58,025 bases of DNA from Campylobacterota bacterium (GTDB taxonomy: Bacteria; Campylobacterota; Campylobacteria; Campylobacterales; Sulfurospirillaceae), in assembly GCA_013151055.1 (NCBI GenBank), contig JAADIZ010000110.1, positions 1 to 58,025 of the forward strand, in the 5' to 3' direction. The translations under genes were made by a program, and so were the position numbers. This document shows, one piece after another, positions 21,112-32,512 of the stretch. Numbering within the stretch: the first letter of the stretch is position 1; each line of letters opens with the position of its first letter. A model generated the notes under the pieces. It was not told where the DNA came from, made no database searches, and saw nothing but the letters and a program-made list of their open reading frames with translations.

Positions 21112-22070
21112 TGAAAATAAGTAAAATAGCAGAAATTTTAGAATTAGAATATAGTGGAAATGACTTTGAAATGGAGTCGTTTTCCACCCTTCTTGATGCT
21201 AGTGAAAAAAATATAGTTTTTTTTGATGATGCTAAGTTGATACAAGATTTAAAAAAAACAAAAGCTAGAGTGATATTGACAACCAAGGAATTTGTTGATT
21301 TTCTACCGAACAATATCATATCTTTGGTATGCGATAATCCTCATCTATCTTTTGCAATTTTAAGTAAGTATTTTGCTAAAAATTCATTTGATTTTACTTC
21401 TCAAGCTAACATAAATAGAGATGCCCACATAGGTGCAAATGTGCAAATTGGTAGCAATTCCAAAATAGAAGCTGGAGTAGTGATTTATCCAAATGTAACC
21501 ATAGGACAAAATGTAAATATAGGCGAGAACAGTGTTGTTTATCCAAACAGTGTTATATATGCAAATACCATTATTGGCAAAAATTGCATACTTCAAGCTG
21601 GAGTTATTCTTGGAAGTGATGGTTTTGGTTATGCTCATACAAAAAAAGGTGAACATATAAAAATCTACCACAATGGCAATGTCATACTTGAAAACGATGT
21701 AGAAATAGGAGCAAATTCAACTGTTGATAGAGCTGTATTTGGAACAACAGTCATAAAAAAAGGTACAAAAATAGACAACTTAGTTCAAATTGGACATAAT
21801 TGTGAATTAGGAGAATACTGCATTATGGTCTCACAATCTGGTCTTGCTGGTTCAACAAAATTAGGAAGAAATGTTATTATGGGAGGACAAAGTGCAGCAG
21901 CAGGGCACTTAAAAATTGGAGATTTTGCTGTAATTGCTGCAAGAGGCGGTGTTACTAAAACGCTAGAAGGTGGAAAAACATATGGTGGCTTTCCATTGAT
22001 GTTGCAAAAAGAGTGGTTAAAACAACAAGTAAAAATAACAAAATTTTTTAAAAATAACAAAAGGATATAA
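21111..22070 (+). CDS. lpxD: UDP-3-O-acylglucosamine N-acyltransferase
   Basis: Hexapeptide repeats, [18 protein letters not shown]. Confidence 0.95.
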   Translation: MKISKIAEILELEYSGNDFEMESFSTLLDASEKNIVFFDDAKLIQDLKKTKARVILTTKEFVDFLPNNIISLVCDNPHLSFAILSKYFAKNSFDFTSQANINRDAHIGANVQIGSNSKIEAGVVIYPNVTIGQNVNIGENSVVYPNSVIYANTIIGKNCILQAGVILGSDGFGYAHTKKGEHIKIYHNGNVILENDVEIGANSTVDRAVFGTTVIKKGTKIDNLVQIGHNCELGEYCIMVSQSGLAGSTKLGRNVIMGGQSAAAGHLKIGDFAVIAARGGVTKTLEGGKTYGGFPLMLQKEWLKQQVKITKFFKNNKRI

Positions 22071-22071
22071 C

Positions 22072-22311
22072 ATGGGTGGAAAAAATACAGTATTAAAAAC
22101 ATTTGCTTTAGCAGATACTAAAAATGGGGTGATTTCTGTTTCTCATTTGGAAGAACCTTACGGTGATGGCTCATTTCCAGTAGTTAGTATAGGTATTTCA
22201 CTGAAAAAAAATTCAGAAGAACCAGATTGGAAGGCACATGTTCCTTATGAGAATTTGGATCAATTAATAGAAGCTCTTAACGAAGCTAAAGAAAAATTTG
22301 GGAAAAAATAA
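22072..22311 (+). CDS. Small hypothetical protein (79 aa)
   Basis: AAAGGA RBS, directly follows lpxD and precedes a terminator; EPYG...PDWKAHVPY motif. Confidence 0.75.
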   Translation: MGGKNTVLKTFALADTKNGVISVSHLEEPYGDGSFPVVSIGISLKKNSEEPDWKAHVPYENLDQLIEALNEAKEKFGKK

Positions 22312-22317
22312 TCAATA

Positions 22318-22351
22318 ATAAAGTAGAGCTTAGCTCTAAGCTCTACTTTAT
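22318..22351. terminator. Probable bidirectional intrinsic terminator
   Basis: ATAAAGTAGAGCTTAG-CT-CTAAGCTCTACTTTAT 16-bp perfect inverted repeat between convergent operons. Confidence 0.8.
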
Positions 22352-22355
22352 ATAA

Positions 22356-22475
22356 CTGACCTTATACACTATAACGAGCAAAGCCCGATATAGTGGCAGG
22401 GACTTTCAGTCCCTACAACCCCCAGAAAAAGCCACAAAAAGTAGGGTTTTTCGAGAAAAAAATGCGTAAGGTCAG
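22356..22475. mobile_element. MITE-like element, copy 1 (120 bp)
   Basis: TIR CTGACCTTA...TAAGGTCAG; flanks TTATATAA/TTATGTAA (8-bp TSD, 1 mismatch); homologous to 35392-35510 and 44554-44670. Confidence 0.85.
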
Positions 22476-22487
22476 TTATGTAATCTA

Positions 22488-23654
22488 CTAGTAATTTTTT
22501 ACGAAATCGCCAATTCTTTTTATACCTTCTGTTATGCTATTTTCATCAGTTGCAAATGATAATCTAAAGTATCCTTCGCTTCCAAAACCAATGCCTGGAA
22601 CTGTAGCTACTCCTTTTTCTTCTAAAAGTCTCTTGCAAAAATCGAGTGAATCATTTGAAAACTTTTTAATATTTACAAAAAGATAAAAAGCACCATTTGG
22701 ATTAATCACGCTAAGACCTTCTATTTTGTTAAACAATTTCACGGCAAGATTTCTTCGCTTTTCAAATTCAATACGCATAATTTCAATATCTTTATCTGTA
22801 TCGCCTAAAAGTGCTGGAATTGCAGCTTTTTGTGTTATAGAATTTATATTTGAAGTGCTTTGGCTCTGCAGTTTTTTCATGCTAGTTGTTAATTCTTTGA
22901 TTGGGGAAGCTAAATAACCAAATCTCCAGCCTGTCATAGCAACAGATTTGCTTAAGCCATTTATCGTGATAGTTCTTTGATACATGTCTTCACTAATACT
23001 TGCGGTTGAAGTAAATTTCAATCCATCATAGACGAGTTTTTCATACATTTCATCTGAAGCCACCAATACTTTTGTTCCTTTTAAAACTTGAGCCAAATCT
23101 TGTAATTCTTTTTTTGTATAAACAGAACCAGTTGGATTTGATGGAGAATTTAATATCAGTAATTTTGTCTTATTTGTTATGGCATTTTTTAACTGTTCAG
23201 GTGTAATTTTAAAATTTGTAGAATCATCTGTTGAAATTTTTACCATAACTCCACCAGCATATTTTATGATTTCAGGATATGTAACCCAATATGGAGTTGG
23301 CACAATGACTTCGTCCCCTTCATCAATCAATACTTGAGTTAAATTAAAAAGAGACTGCTTTGCACCAACATTTGTGATGATATCGCCAGCATCATATGTG
23401 AGATTATTTTCTCGTTTGAGCTTTGCCTTAATGGCATTTATAACTTCTGGACACCCGGCAACTGCTGTGTATTTTGTAAAGCCATCCATTAAAGCTCGAA
23501 TAGCTTCATTTTTGATGATTTGAGGTGTGTCAAAATCTGGCTCTCCTGCAGAAAAACTTATGACATCTCTACCATCGTTTTTCATCTGTTTTGCTAAGGC
23601 TGTGATTGCTAAAGTCATAGACTCCGATAATGATTGTGTTCGCTTTGATAACAT
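22488..23654 (-). CDS. aspC: Aspartate aminotransferase (class I PLP aminotransferase)
   Basis: AGEPDFDTP, NSPSNPTG, DEMY, GLSKSVAMTGWRFG. Confidence 0.88.
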   Translation of the reverse strand: MLSKRTQSLSESMTLAITALAKQMKNDGRDVISFSAGEPDFDTPQIIKNEAIRALMDGFTKYTAVAGCPEVINAIKAKLKRENNLTYDAGDIITNVGAKQSLFNLTQVLIDEGDEVIVPTPYWVTYPEIIKYAGGVMVKISTDDSTNFKITPEQLKNAITNKTKLLILNSPSNPTGSVYTKKELQDLAQVLKGTKVLVASDEMYEKLVYDGLKFTSTASISEDMYQRTITINGLSKSVAMTGWRFGYLASPIKELTTSMKKLQSQSTSNINSITQKAAIPALLGDTDKDIEIMRIEFEKRRNLAVKLFNKIEGLSVINPNGAFYLFVNIKKFSNDSLDFCKRLLEEKGVATVPGIGFGSEGYFRLSFATDENSITEGIKRIGDFVKNY

Positions 23655-23655
23655 G

Positions 23656-24378
23656 TTATTCCTTTACTGATTTTATAAATTGTTTGTAAATTGCCTCTAA
23701 ATCTTTATCATCTTCAATTAATTTTTTATCCTTATGTTGAAAATTAACAGCAGTTTCAAGCACCTTAATTCTTTTAAATAGATATAAAAATAGTTCTTTA
23801 TTAATATCAGGTATTTTGTTATGAGCCATTGGGTTTTTATCTCTGCCTTTTTTTATAACTCTTGCAGGGATGCCAACTGCAGTTGAGTTATCTGCAACAG
23901 AATTTATAACTACAGAATTAGAACCTATACGGCAATTTTCGCCTATAATTATGTTTCCAAGAACTTTTGCACCTGCACCTATAACTGCTCCACTTTTTAT
24001 AGTTGGATGTCTTTTTTGGTCACGCTTTAAGCTAACACCACCAAGTGTTACCCCTTGATAAATCAAAATATCATTTTCAATTATAGTTGTTGCTCCTATA
24101 ACTACGCCAATTGCATGGTCTAAAAAAACTCTTCTTCCGATAGTTGCACAAGGATGTATGTCTATATTTGTTATGAACTGATTGATACCCATAATAATTC
24201 TTGCAATTCTTTTGAAACCTTTTTTGTATAAAATATTTGCAAATCTATAATTCACAATTGCCCAAACTCCAGGATAATTAAAAAAAAGCTCAACTTTAGA
24301 GTTTATAGCAGGATCATTTTTAAGCGGTTGAGAAAAATCTTCTTTAATTTGTTGCCAAAGATTTATTTTTCCAGTCAT
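23656..24378 (-). CDS. cysE: Serine O-acetyltransferase
   Basis: NDPA, IDIHP, YQGVTLGG, RHPTI, VGIPAR. Confidence 0.94.
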   Translation of the reverse strand: MTGKINLWQQIKEDFSQPLKNDPAINSKVELFFNYPGVWAIVNYRFANILYKKGFKRIARIIMGINQFITNIDIHPCATIGRRVFLDHAIGVVIGATTIIENDILIYQGVTLGGVSLKRDQKRHPTIKSGAVIGAGAKVLGNIIIGENCRIGSNSVVINSVADNSTAVGIPARVIKKGRDKNPMAHNKIPDINKELFLYLFKRIKVLETAVNFQHKDKKLIEDDKDLEAIYKQFIKSVKE

Positions 24379-24392
24379 TTCTTTTTCTTCCT

Positions 24393-26219
24393 TTAATTTA
24401 TAGTTTTCAAATAGCCGTTGTCATTTAAAAAAAGACTAACTTCTTTCTTCATTTGCTTTTTGGCTTTTTCATTTATAAAATTTGAATTTTTAATTTTATC
24501 ATTTAATGTATCTTTTATTTCATCCACATTATAATCTAAATCTTCTATAATGTCCATGATGCTTTGGGCTTCAACACTATTTTGAATTTCAAATCCATTT
24601 TCATTTATAAAAACAGTAGTTTCGCTAGGATGAGTAAAAAGATTGTGTTTCATACCAAGCACTTCTTGATAAGCACCAACTAAAAAAAATCCTAGAAAAT
24701 AATCTTCTTTGGTAACATCTAGTTCATGTAAAAATAGAGGTTGCTCTCTATTGTAGCTTATTTCCCCATCACTATCACAAGTGATGTCCCAAATAGAAGC
24801 AGACCTAGTTGGTTTCTCGTCCAATCTATCTAGTGGCATCACAGGAAAAGTTTGCCCTATGCCCCAAAAATCTGGCAAACTTTGAAAAATAGAAAAATTT
24901 ATAAGATACCTTTCTTGAATCATATCTTGAATTTGAAGCAATTCTTTTGAACCTTTATCTTTTAAAAGTGTTATTGCTTTTTTAATGATTAAATTTACTA
25001 AAATTTCAGTATTACTTCTATCTACCAAATCGATATATCCTAAATCAAATAGTGTCAAAAGTGAGTTCATATGGTCAATGCTATCATGAAGATATTCTTG
25101 AGCATAGGTGCTATCTATTGTCTTGTATAGTTCATATAATTCTTGCACTAAAGGTGGGTTTTTCTCTTTTAACTTTAGTTTCGCTTGAGTATATTCTTGT
25201 GAAAAAAGCTCTAGTACAGGAGCTACTAAAACAGCATGTGAAGCAGCTATATATCTCCCTGATTCTATATAAATATCTGGCTCTTTAACACTGTTTCTTA
25301 CTGAAATATCTTTCAAAAGGTATGTTACATCATTTGCGTATTCTCTTAGTGTGTAGTTTCGTTTTATCTCATCTTTGTATTGTGAATACTCTATCGCCAA
25401 TCCACCACCAAGATTAATCGCATTTAATCGTGGTGCACCCATTTTTTTAAGTTGTGCATAAATATTTCCAGCTTCTCTTAGTGCTTTCTTTAACGGTCCT
25501 ATCTCTGAAATTTGAGAACCTATGTGAAAATGAATCATACTAAATTTATCTATTAAATTTGCATTTTTTAAAAGTTGCATGGCTTCTATAAGTTCCGTAG
25601 AAGTCAAGCCAAACTTAGAATTAATTCCACCGCTTTTTGCCCAAATACCAATTCCTGAGCTATGTAATCTTATACGAAGACCGATATTTGGTGCTATACC
25701 AAACCGCTTTTTATCTGTTTTTATTATATTTTTTAACTCGTTTAGACCCTCAATTATCAAAGTTATATCATGCCCCATCTCGCGAGCGATAAATCCTAAA
25801 GATATCATCTCTTCATCTTTGAAACCATTTACAGTAATTGGTGAATTTTCATTGTTGTATGCCATGGCAAGCAAAAGCTCAGCTTTACTACCAGCCTCTA
25901 GTCCATAATTGTATTTTTTACCAATTTTTACTAAATTTTTTACAAAATTTGGATATTGATTGACTTTAAGGGGAAAGAGGGCATTAAACTTTCCTTGGTA
26001 ATTAAACTCTTCTTTTGCAGCCTTAAAATTTTCATATATCAAATTTATCTGTTTTTCTATCAAATGTGGAAATCTAAGTAAAATTGGACCTCTCGTTCCT
26101 TCTTCTCTTATTTTGTTTATTATCTTTATCAAAGAGGGGCTACTTTTGTATTTAACTTTTACTTTTTTATTGTCAATAAAAAAATTATCATTTGCCCAGA
26201 TATCTATGCCATAATCCAA
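24393..26219 (-). CDS. speA: Biosynthetic arginine decarboxylase
   Basis: FPLKVNQ PLP lysine, EAGSKAE, HFHIGSQI, DITCDSDG; TTG start. Confidence 0.95.
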   Translation of the reverse strand: MDYGIDIWANDNFFIDNKKVKVKYKSSPSLIKIINKIREEGTRGPILLRFPHLIEKQINLIYENFKAAKEEFNYQGKFNALFPLKVNQYPNFVKNLVKIGKKYNYGLEAGSKAELLLAMAYNNENSPITVNGFKDEEMISLGFIAREMGHDITLIIEGLNELKNIIKTDKKRFGIAPNIGLRIRLHSSGIGIWAKSGGINSKFGLTSTELIEAMQLLKNANLIDKFSMIHFHIGSQISEIGPLKKALREAGNIYAQLKKMGAPRLNAINLGGGLAIEYSQYKDEIKRNYTLREYANDVTYLLKDISVRNSVKEPDIYIESGRYIAASHAVLVAPVLELFSQEYTQAKLKLKEKNPPLVQELYELYKTIDSTYAQEYLHDSIDHMNSLLTLFDLGYIDLVDRSNTEILVNLIIKKAITLLKDKGSKELLQIQDMIQERYLINFSIFQSLPDFWGIGQTFPVMPLDRLDEKPTRSASIWDITCDSDGEISYNREQPLFLHELDVTKEDYFLGFFLVGAYQEVLGMKHNLFTHPSETTVFINENGFEIQNSVEAQSIMDIIEDLDYNVDEIKDTLNDKIKNSNFINEKAKKQMKKEVSLFLNDNGYLKTIN

Positions 26220-26223
26220 ATCT

Positions 26224-27438
26224 TTATCCTAGTAACTCGTTTTTTGATATGCTTTTTTCAGCTTTGTTTTCCAAATCTTTAATCCATATTAAGTCTTTAG
26301 CTAATTCATCTTCTCCTACACATAAACAATATCTAGCATTTTGCTTATCTGCATTTTTTAGATGTGTTTTGAGGGATTTTATATCATAGTTGATATTTGT
26401 TTTATCTGTTTTTCTCAGATTTATTGCTAAATCAAAACAAATTTCACTAGCTTCTTCGCAAAGTGCACCAATATAATATCCGCTTCTTTTGTTTTGTGGC
26501 ATAATTAAAAGATACATTAGCCTCTCTATTCCCATAGCAAAACCAATTCCGCAAGTAGGTTTACCATCTAAATATTCAACCAGCTTATCATATCTACCAC
26601 CACCCGCTATCGCACTTTGAGCTCCTATATTATCACTTACAAATTCAAATGCTGTTTTACTATAATAATCAAGCCCACGAACAAGTTTTGGATTAATGAC
26701 ATATGGTATAATAAATTTATCTAGTATCTTTTTTAATTGTTCAAATTCATCACTACAAGTCGAGCAAAGATTATCAATAAGAAAAGGGGCATTTTTGTAT
26801 ATCTCTTGACAGCTTTTATTCTTACAATCAAGAACTCTTATTGGGTTGGTATCTCTTCTTCTTTTGCAATCGGGACAAATACTTTCTTCATTTTGCAAAA
26901 ATTCTACCAATTTTTCTTTGTAAGTTGGCATACAATCAGGACACCCTAAAGAGTTTAGCTCTAGCTTATAACTTATGCCAAAAAAATCCAACATATCTCT
27001 TAGCATCAATATAATACTCGCATCTTCTTTTATATTTGCTTGATTAAAGCTTTCAACTCCAAATTGATGAAATTCTCTAAGCCTGCCTTTTTGAGGTCTT
27101 TCGTATCTAAACATTGGTCCATAATAAAAAAACTTCTTTTGAACTTTTGCTTTATCGTATTTTTGTTGTATAAAAGCTCTTACAACCCCAGCAGTGCCTT
27201 CAGGTCTCAGACAAACATCATTGTTGCCTTTGTCTATAAATTGATACATCTCTTTTCCAACTATATCACTGCTTTCGCCAACACTTCTTTTAAAAAGAGC
27301 GGTCTCTTCAAGTATAGGTGTTTCTATGTATTCATACCCATAATTTTTTGCAATCCTACTACAATTTTCAATAAAATATATATACTTTTCATTTTCAGGC
27401 GAAAATAGATCTTTCATACCTCTTAGTGCTTGTATCAT
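26224..27438 (-). CDS. hisS: Histidine--tRNA ligase
   Basis: LRPEGTAG, FRYERPQKGRLREFHQ, LVRGLDYY, GGGRYD. Confidence 0.97.
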   Translation of the reverse strand: MIQALRGMKDLFSPENEKYIYFIENCSRIAKNYGYEYIETPILEETALFKRSVGESSDIVGKEMYQFIDKGNNDVCLRPEGTAGVVRAFIQQKYDKAKVQKKFFYYGPMFRYERPQKGRLREFHQFGVESFNQANIKEDASIILMLRDMLDFFGISYKLELNSLGCPDCMPTYKEKLVEFLQNEESICPDCKRRRDTNPIRVLDCKNKSCQEIYKNAPFLIDNLCSTCSDEFEQLKKILDKFIIPYVINPKLVRGLDYYSKTAFEFVSDNIGAQSAIAGGGRYDKLVEYLDGKPTCGIGFAMGIERLMYLLIMPQNKRSGYYIGALCEEASEICFDLAINLRKTDKTNINYDIKSLKTHLKNADKQNARYCLCVGEDELAKDLIWIKDLENKAEKSISKNELLG

Positions 27439-28013
27439 AGTATAAATTCCTTTATTTCTTTGTGTATCTCTTCTATAGACTTTGAAGCATCAATTATCAA
27501 AACTTTTATTGGTAGTTTATTTAAAACATCAATCATCAAGTCTTGAACTTTTAAAAGATAATCAATGCCTCTTGACTCTATATTATCATGCTTTTTTTGG
27601 TAAAGTCTTCGTTGTATTAATTCTTTGTTTGTCTTAAATAAAACAACCTTATCGGGCAAATGTCCACTTAATGCAAATTTATTCATTAAAATCAAAAGTT
27701 CTGCATCAATCATGGGATGGTTTGCAAGAGCATAGGATATGCCAGAAATCATACCTCTATCTGATATAAGTATTTTATCACGACTATTTTGTATATTTTC
27801 TTCAAAATTTTGAGCACGATCCGCAAGAAAAAGAAAAAGCTCAGTATTAAAAGCGATTTTATGCTCACTCTTTAAGATAATTTCTCTTAATTTTTCACCA
27901 AGTTTTGTACCTCCTGGCTCTCTTGTGATTGTAACATCCTTTATATTTTTCTCAAAAAGCTCTATTTGAGTGCTTTTTCCTGCGGTATCAATTCCTTCAA
28001 AAATTACATACAT
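27435..28013 (-). CDS. tmk: Thymidylate kinase
   Basis: FEGIDTAGKST, TREPGGT, LFLADRAQ, SDR. Confidence 0.95.
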   Translation of the reverse strand: MYVIFEGIDTAGKSTQIELFEKNIKDVTITREPGGTKLGEKLREIILKSEHKIAFNTELFLFLADRAQNFEENIQNSRDKILISDRGMISGISYALANHPMIDAELLILMNKFALSGHLPDKVVLFKTNKELIQRRLYQKKHDNIESRGIDYLLKVQDLMIDVLNKLPIKVLIIDASKSIEEIHKEIKEFIL

Positions 28014-28487
28014 TTAATTTTCCAAAAATTTTAAAATTTCACGAGGTACCAAGTGGCTAGCATCGCCTTTGTGCCTTACGATGTCTCTCACTACAGTTGA
28101 GCTTATAAAAGCATGTTCAAGACTTGGCATCAGATAAATCGTATCTATATTTTTGTCCATTGATGTATTTGCATAGCCAATTTGGAGTTCATACTCAAAA
28201 TCACTTACAGCTCTTAAGCCTCTTATTATAGTGTTTACCTTTTGTTCTTGACAAAAATTCACCAAAAGCGAGTAAAATGGTAAGACTTTAACATCACCAA
28301 TCTTTTCTAAACTAGATCGTGCCATCAAAACTCTAGTATCTAAATCAAACATAGGTTTTTTAATTCCAGAATCTGCAACACCAACTATAACCTTATCAAA
28401 AATTTTCTTGGCTCTTTTTATAACAGATAAATGACCCAATGTTATAGGGTCAAAAGTACCTGGATAAATGGCAATTTTATGAGACAT
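28014..28487 (-). CDS. coaD: Pantetheine-phosphate adenylyltransferase
   Basis: IYPGTFDPITLGH, RGLRAVSDFEYE; start at the ATG overlapping the ubiX stop (TAATG). Confidence 0.96.
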   Translation of the reverse strand: MSHKIAIYPGTFDPITLGHLSVIKRAKKIFDKVIVGVADSGIKKPMFDLDTRVLMARSSLEKIGDVKVLPFYSLLVNFCQEQKVNTIIRGLRAVSDFEYELQIGYANTSMDKNIDTIYLMPSLEHAFISSTVVRDIVRHKGDASHLVPREILKFLEN

Positions 28488-29008
28488 TATCCTCTCCATC
28501 TTTCATATAAATTATGTTCAATTTTTAGCAAATCAAACCATTTTCCAATCAAAAAATCTTCCATATCTTCCAAAGTTTCACTTTTTGCATAATAACCCAA
28601 AACTGGAGGTGCAATTATAACTCCTAACTTAGAAAGTTTCAACATGTTTTCCAAAGCTATCGTAGAAAATGGCATCTCTCTTGGAGCTAAGATGAGCTTT
28701 TTTTGCTCCTTAAGCATAACGGCTGCACTTCTTGTTATAAGATTATCCCCAATTCCACATGAAATTTTTGCTAAAGAGTTCATGCTGCAAGGAATAATTA
28801 TCATGCTATCACACTTAAAAGAACCTGATGCTGTAGGAGCCGATATGTCACTATTGTCTAAAAAAAATCTATTTTCTTCTTTCTTCAATACTGTTTTGGC
28901 ATTTTGTGAATATATTATATATTTTTCTATTTTGCTAGGAAGTTTTTTTATAAATTTTTCACCTAATCCAACCCCGCTTGCACCACTTATACCTATGATT
29001 AATTTCAC
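28487..29008 (-). CDS. ubiX: Flavin prenyltransferase
   Basis: GISGASG, ASGS, PCSMNSLAKI, LKEQKKLILAPREMP. Confidence 0.93.
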   Translation of the reverse strand: MKLIIGISGASGVGLGEKFIKKLPSKIEKYIIYSQNAKTVLKKEENRFFLDNSDISAPTASGSFKCDSMIIIPCSMNSLAKISCGIGDNLITRSAAVMLKEQKKLILAPREMPFSTIALENMLKLSKLGVIIAPPVLGYYAKSETLEDMEDFLIGKWFDLLKIEHNLYERWRG

Positions 29009-29012
29009 AATT

Positions 29013-29995
<983 letters not shown>

Positions 29996-29999
<4 letters not shown>

Positions 30000-31204
30000 A
30001 AACTTCCTTTGAAAAGAATTATTTCTATCTCTTCATTTTTACAAATTAGACTTTGCTCATTACTTGTGATTAGTATAGCATTGCTTTTAAATATAGGGGT
30101 TATCATACCTGAACCGTATTTATTATTCATGGTTACATTAAATAAACCATCTTTAAAATTACCCAATACTAGATTTGTCCTTTTAGCTTTTAGTTTTAAC
30201 TCTTTTGCTATTTTTGCTTTGATTTTTTTATGTTCAAAGTCGTTATTTCCTTGCAGTTTTTTAAGGAGTGGGATTAGAAATAAAAAAGCATTTACATATG
30301 CAGCTAGTGGATTTCCAGGCATAGAAGCTACGATTGTGTTGTCCATTTTTCCTATCATTGTAGGGCGACCAGGTTTGATATTTATGCCATGAAAAAGTGA
30401 TTTTAGTCCATTGTAAAGCAGGGCATCTTCGACAAAATCAGCTTCACCCATACTTATGCCACCAGTCGTGACTAGAAAATCATAAGATTTCATTTTTTGA
30501 AAATATGCTTTACTTTGTTCTAAGTTATCTGGTATCACACCGCAATAATCAGCTTTAAATCCATACTCTTCAAAAAGAGCTATCAAAGAAGATGAATTTA
30601 CATTGTATATCTCGTCTTCATTTGCACTTTCCCAAGGTTCCCTTAACTCATTGCCAGTTGAAAAAATTGCAATTGAAAGCTTTTTATATACTTCTACTTG
30701 AGAAATTCCTTGAGAAGCGAGAAGTGCTACACAAGAAGAGTTGATAATGGTTCCATCTGAAAAGAGGGTGTCACCATAACTTATCTCTTCGCCTTTTACT
30801 CTAAAAGCATTTCCCTTTTTGATATTTTGTGGAATTTGCACGAAATTATCTTCCAAAATTTCTGCATTTTCAAATGCCACAATTGTATCTGCATCACTTG
30901 GTATCTTAGCTCCTGTCATGATTTTATAACATTCATTTTCTTCTAAAATTCCACTAAAGCTATCGCCTGCAAAAATAGTCTCTTTTATCTTTAATTTTTT
31001 GCCAATATCTTTATAATTTATAGCGTATCCATCTAGTGCAGAGTTATTAAAAGAAGGTAAATCTTTTTTACATGTAACGCCTTTTGCTATCACTCTTTCT
31101 AGTGAATTATATACAGGTATCCACTCACTTAGAAGCTTAGCATTTGCTAAATCAAGTGATAATTTTTGAGCCTCATTGTATGGGCAAGATGTTAATTTTT
31201 GCAT
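29996..31204 (-). CDS. moeA: Molybdopterin molybdotransferase
   Basis: PSFNNSALDGYA, IMTGA, STGNEL, TTGGISMG, KPGRP, MPGNP. Confidence 0.95.
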
Positions 31205-32469
31205 TACTCCTCCAATCTTTCTATATTTGCTCCAAGGGCTGAAAATTTACCCTCTAAGTTTTCATATCCTCTATCTAAATGGTAAATTCTATGAATTTTT
31301 GTAACACCTTTTGCCACAAGAGCTGCAAGTATAAGAGCTGAACTAGCCCTCAAATCTGTTGCCATGACATCTGCTGCTATCAAATCCATATTCCCCTCAA
31401 CTGTTGCACTATGTCCTTTTAATTTGATATTTGCTCCCATTCTAGCGAGTTCACTAACATGCATAAATCTATTTTCAAAAAGTCTTTCATCTATGATGCT
31501 TGTTCCTTCTGCTTGCGTACACAGTGCCATAAATTGTGCTTGAACATCTGTGGGAAAGCCTGGATATTCGCTTGTCTCGATATCGCTTGCTTTTATATTT
31601 TTTGCTGGAATTATTGTGATAGAATTTTCTTGTATATCAAAACCAAAACCCATTTGTTCTAATTTTAGAGTAATTGATTGCATATGTTTTGGAATTACGC
31701 CAGTTATGGTAATTTTTGAGTTTGTGATAGCCCCTGCACAGAGATATGTGCCAGCTTCTATTCTGTCTGGTATAACTTTGACATCTTTCATATCAAGTAA
31801 TTCTCCATAACTTCCGACTATCGTCAAATTTGAAGTTCCAATTCCTTCTATGTTCACTCCTGCATCTCTTAAAACTTCACATAATTGCACAACTTCAGGC
31901 TCTTTTGCAACATTTACTAGCCTTGTGACTCCATGAGCTAGTGCTGCTGCCATGAGGATATTTTCACTGCCTGTAACAGTCACTTTATCAAAGATGATAG
32001 TAGTGCCTTTGAGTCCGTTTGGTGCTTTTGCTACTACATAACCTTGTTTTAATTCAATAACTGCACCCATTTGTTCCAATGCTTTTAAATGCAAATCAAT
32101 TGGTCTTTGCCCTATGGCACAACCTCCAGGCATAGAAACTTCGCAATGTCCAAATCTAGCTAACAAAGGCCCAAGAGTCAGTATAGAAGCTCTCATTTTT
32201 CGTACAATATCATAATTTGCACAAGCTGATTTTACTTGTGTGGTGTCTATTTTGACAATATTGTCTTTAAATGATGTGTTGGCACCTAGATTTTCTAGTA
32301 ATATTAGTAAGGTTTTTACATCAACAACATTTGGCATATTTGATAAAATAATTTTATGTTTAGATAGTAAAGAAGCAGCAAGAAGAGGTAAAGCTGAGTT
32401 TTTAGCTCCAGAAATGCTAATAGAGCCTTTTAGCTTTTGTTTGCCTTTTATTGATAAATAGTATAGCAA
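31204..32469 (-). CDS. murA: UDP-N-acetylglucosamine 1-carboxyvinyltransferase
   Basis: [43 protein letters not shown]. Confidence 0.97.
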   Translation of the reverse strand: MLYYLSIKGKQKLKGSISISGAKNSALPLLAASLLSKHKIILSNMPNVVDVKTLLILLENLGANTSFKDNIVKIDTTQVKSACANYDIVRKMRASILTLGPLLARFGHCEVSMPGGCAIGQRPIDLHLKALEQMGAVIELKQGYVVAKAPNGLKGTTIIFDKVTVTGSENILMAAALAHGVTRLVNVAKEPEVVQLCEVLRDAGVNIEGIGTSNLTIVGSYGELLDMKDVKVIPDRIEAGTYLCAGAITNSKITITGVIPKHMQSITLKLEQMGFGFDIQENSITIIPAKNIKASDIETSEYPGFPTDVQAQFMALCTQAEGTSIIDERLFENRFMHVSELARMGANIKLKGHSATVEGNMDLIAADVMATDLRASSALILAALVAKGVTKIHRIYHLDRGYENLEGKFSALGANIERLEE

Positions 32470-32512
32470 AATATATCCTTTTATGATTATAAGTTATATT
32501 ATATGATATATT

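Noticed and set aside
22356-22375. Nextera/Tn5 adapter contamination (CTTATACAC)
   Set aside because: Does not match the mosaic end CTGTCTCTTATACACATCT fully and is the terminus of a three-copy element with a matching inverted end and TSD.
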